Positions 33,496 to 34,164 of a stretch of DNA of 34,164 bases are shown here, one piece after another; position 1 is the stretch's first letter; every line of letters begins with the position of its first letter. The notes below the pieces were generated by a model, which saw only the letters and a list, made by a program, of their open reading frames with translations, did no database searches and was not told the DNA's origin. This stretch comes from a virus (taxonomy: Duplodnaviria; Heunggongvirae; Uroviricota; Caudoviricetes; Crassvirales), in the IMG/VR virus record IMGVR_UViG_2974732849_000001. One strand, written 5' to 3'. Made by a program: the position numbers and the translations under genes.

Positions 33496-34164
33496 ATGAC
33501 ATACAGAGAATTAGTTTATTTATGTCTGGATGAGGTAAAGAGTATATCAGATGACTCTACTTTCAATGAGAATCATATTATACTTTTGGCAGATAAGTAT
33601 AGGGCATTCCTTATAAAGCAAAGATATTCTGATGTCAAGAAGCATATACCTGAAAGCAACTATCAGACTATATGTCTGGATTTGACCAAATCAGTATCTC
33701 CTTCTGGTCCATGTGGCAGAACCTATCTTATGAGTAAGGAAGGGGTACCTAATATATTAAGTGTCAGTAATACCAGAGTATACCCTATTGATTTCTATCA
33801 GGATAGTATAACCTTCATAAGCAGGGATAGGATGAGATATGTAGGATATGACAAATATCTACAGAACATAATATATTGCTCTCTTGCTCCGGATAACCAC
33901 TTGTATTTAATCTCTATGAATCCCCAATTCCTTTACCTCTCCAAGATAAAGGTAACTGCTATATTTGAAGATGCCAGCATAGCCTCTGAATTGGAATGTG
34001 GAGACAATAAGGAGTGTGATGTGCTTGATAGGAAATTTCCTATTGAGGAGAGCCTTGTTACTCCTCTTGTAAGTCTTATAGTAGGAGAAGTACTGGGTGC
34101 TAAATACAGACCTGATGATAATAAGAACAATGCTAAGGATGATTCATCTGATGTTTCAGTAAAG
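33496..34164 (+). CDS. Tail ring protein, ring 2-like; partial, runs off the window end
   Basis: Hand translation MTYRELVYLCLDEVKSISDDSTFNENHIILLADKYRAFLIKQRYSDVKKHIPESNYQTICLDL; no stop seen before 34164, so absent from the ORF track. Confidence 0.8.
   Translation, partial: MTYRELVYLCLDEVKSISDDSTFNENHIILLADKYRAFLIKQRYSDVKKHIPESNYQTICLDLTKSVSPSGPCGRTYLMSKEGVPNILSVSNTRVYPIDFYQDSITFISRDRMRYVGYDKYLQNIIYCSLAPDNHLYLISMNPQFLYLSKIKVTAIFEDASIASELECGDNKECDVLDRKFPIEESLVTPLVSLIVGEVLGAKYRPDDNKNNAKDDSSDVSVK

Noticed and set aside
429-34130. Minus-strand ORFs in the track (e.g. 8954-9355, 17111-17500, 27597-28010, 31038-31430)
   Set aside because: Nearly all are antisense shadows of well-supported + strand genes or promoter regions, with low-complexity S/L/I/F-rich translations and no recognisable motifs
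1-34164. Stop-codon reassignment (known in some crassviruses)
   Set aside because: TAG (1484, 14189, 18307, 24538, 24921) and TGA (10090, 10883, 22131) end genes cleanly, core genes are full length in code 11, and there is no suppressor tRNA
1-34164. CRISPR array, rRNA, integrase or IS element
   Set aside because: No regularly spaced direct repeats, rRNA-like sequence or recombinase/transposase motifs seen

Overview
This window is part of a crAss-like phage genome (Crassvirales). The capsid, portal, ring and hub proteins resemble those of phiCrAss001, so Steigviridae/beta group with a Bacteroidota host is most likely; family assignments are from motif recognition and recall, not database searches. 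All supported genes are on the + strand and use the standard genetic code. In order: (1) a promoter-driven, apparently structured ~340-nt untranslated RNA, then a PI-PLC-like gene and an HExxH membrane-protein gene; (2) a 24-tRNA array (1731-4801) with structured spacers, a Dps/ferritin-like gene and a ~190-nt ncRNA candidate; (3) small DNA-binding and GroES-like genes, terminase, a free-standing GIY-YIG homing endonuclease and portal; (4) head/tail fibre genes and a lysis module; (5) a decayed diversity-generating retroelement (DGR): the C-type-lectin target with an adenine-depleted variable region (VR) is intact, but no template repeat (TR) is visible and the reverse transcriptase (RT) is cut to a 127-codon catalytic core; (6) a transcriptionally insulated 4-gene cassette of unknown function; (7) scaffold, major capsid, ring, auxiliary capsid and tail hub genes. 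The best novelty candidates are the frozen DGR, the two ncRNA candidates, the non-canonical tRNAs (Ile-UAU; Leu with an 8-nt anticodon loop) and the 4-gene cassette.
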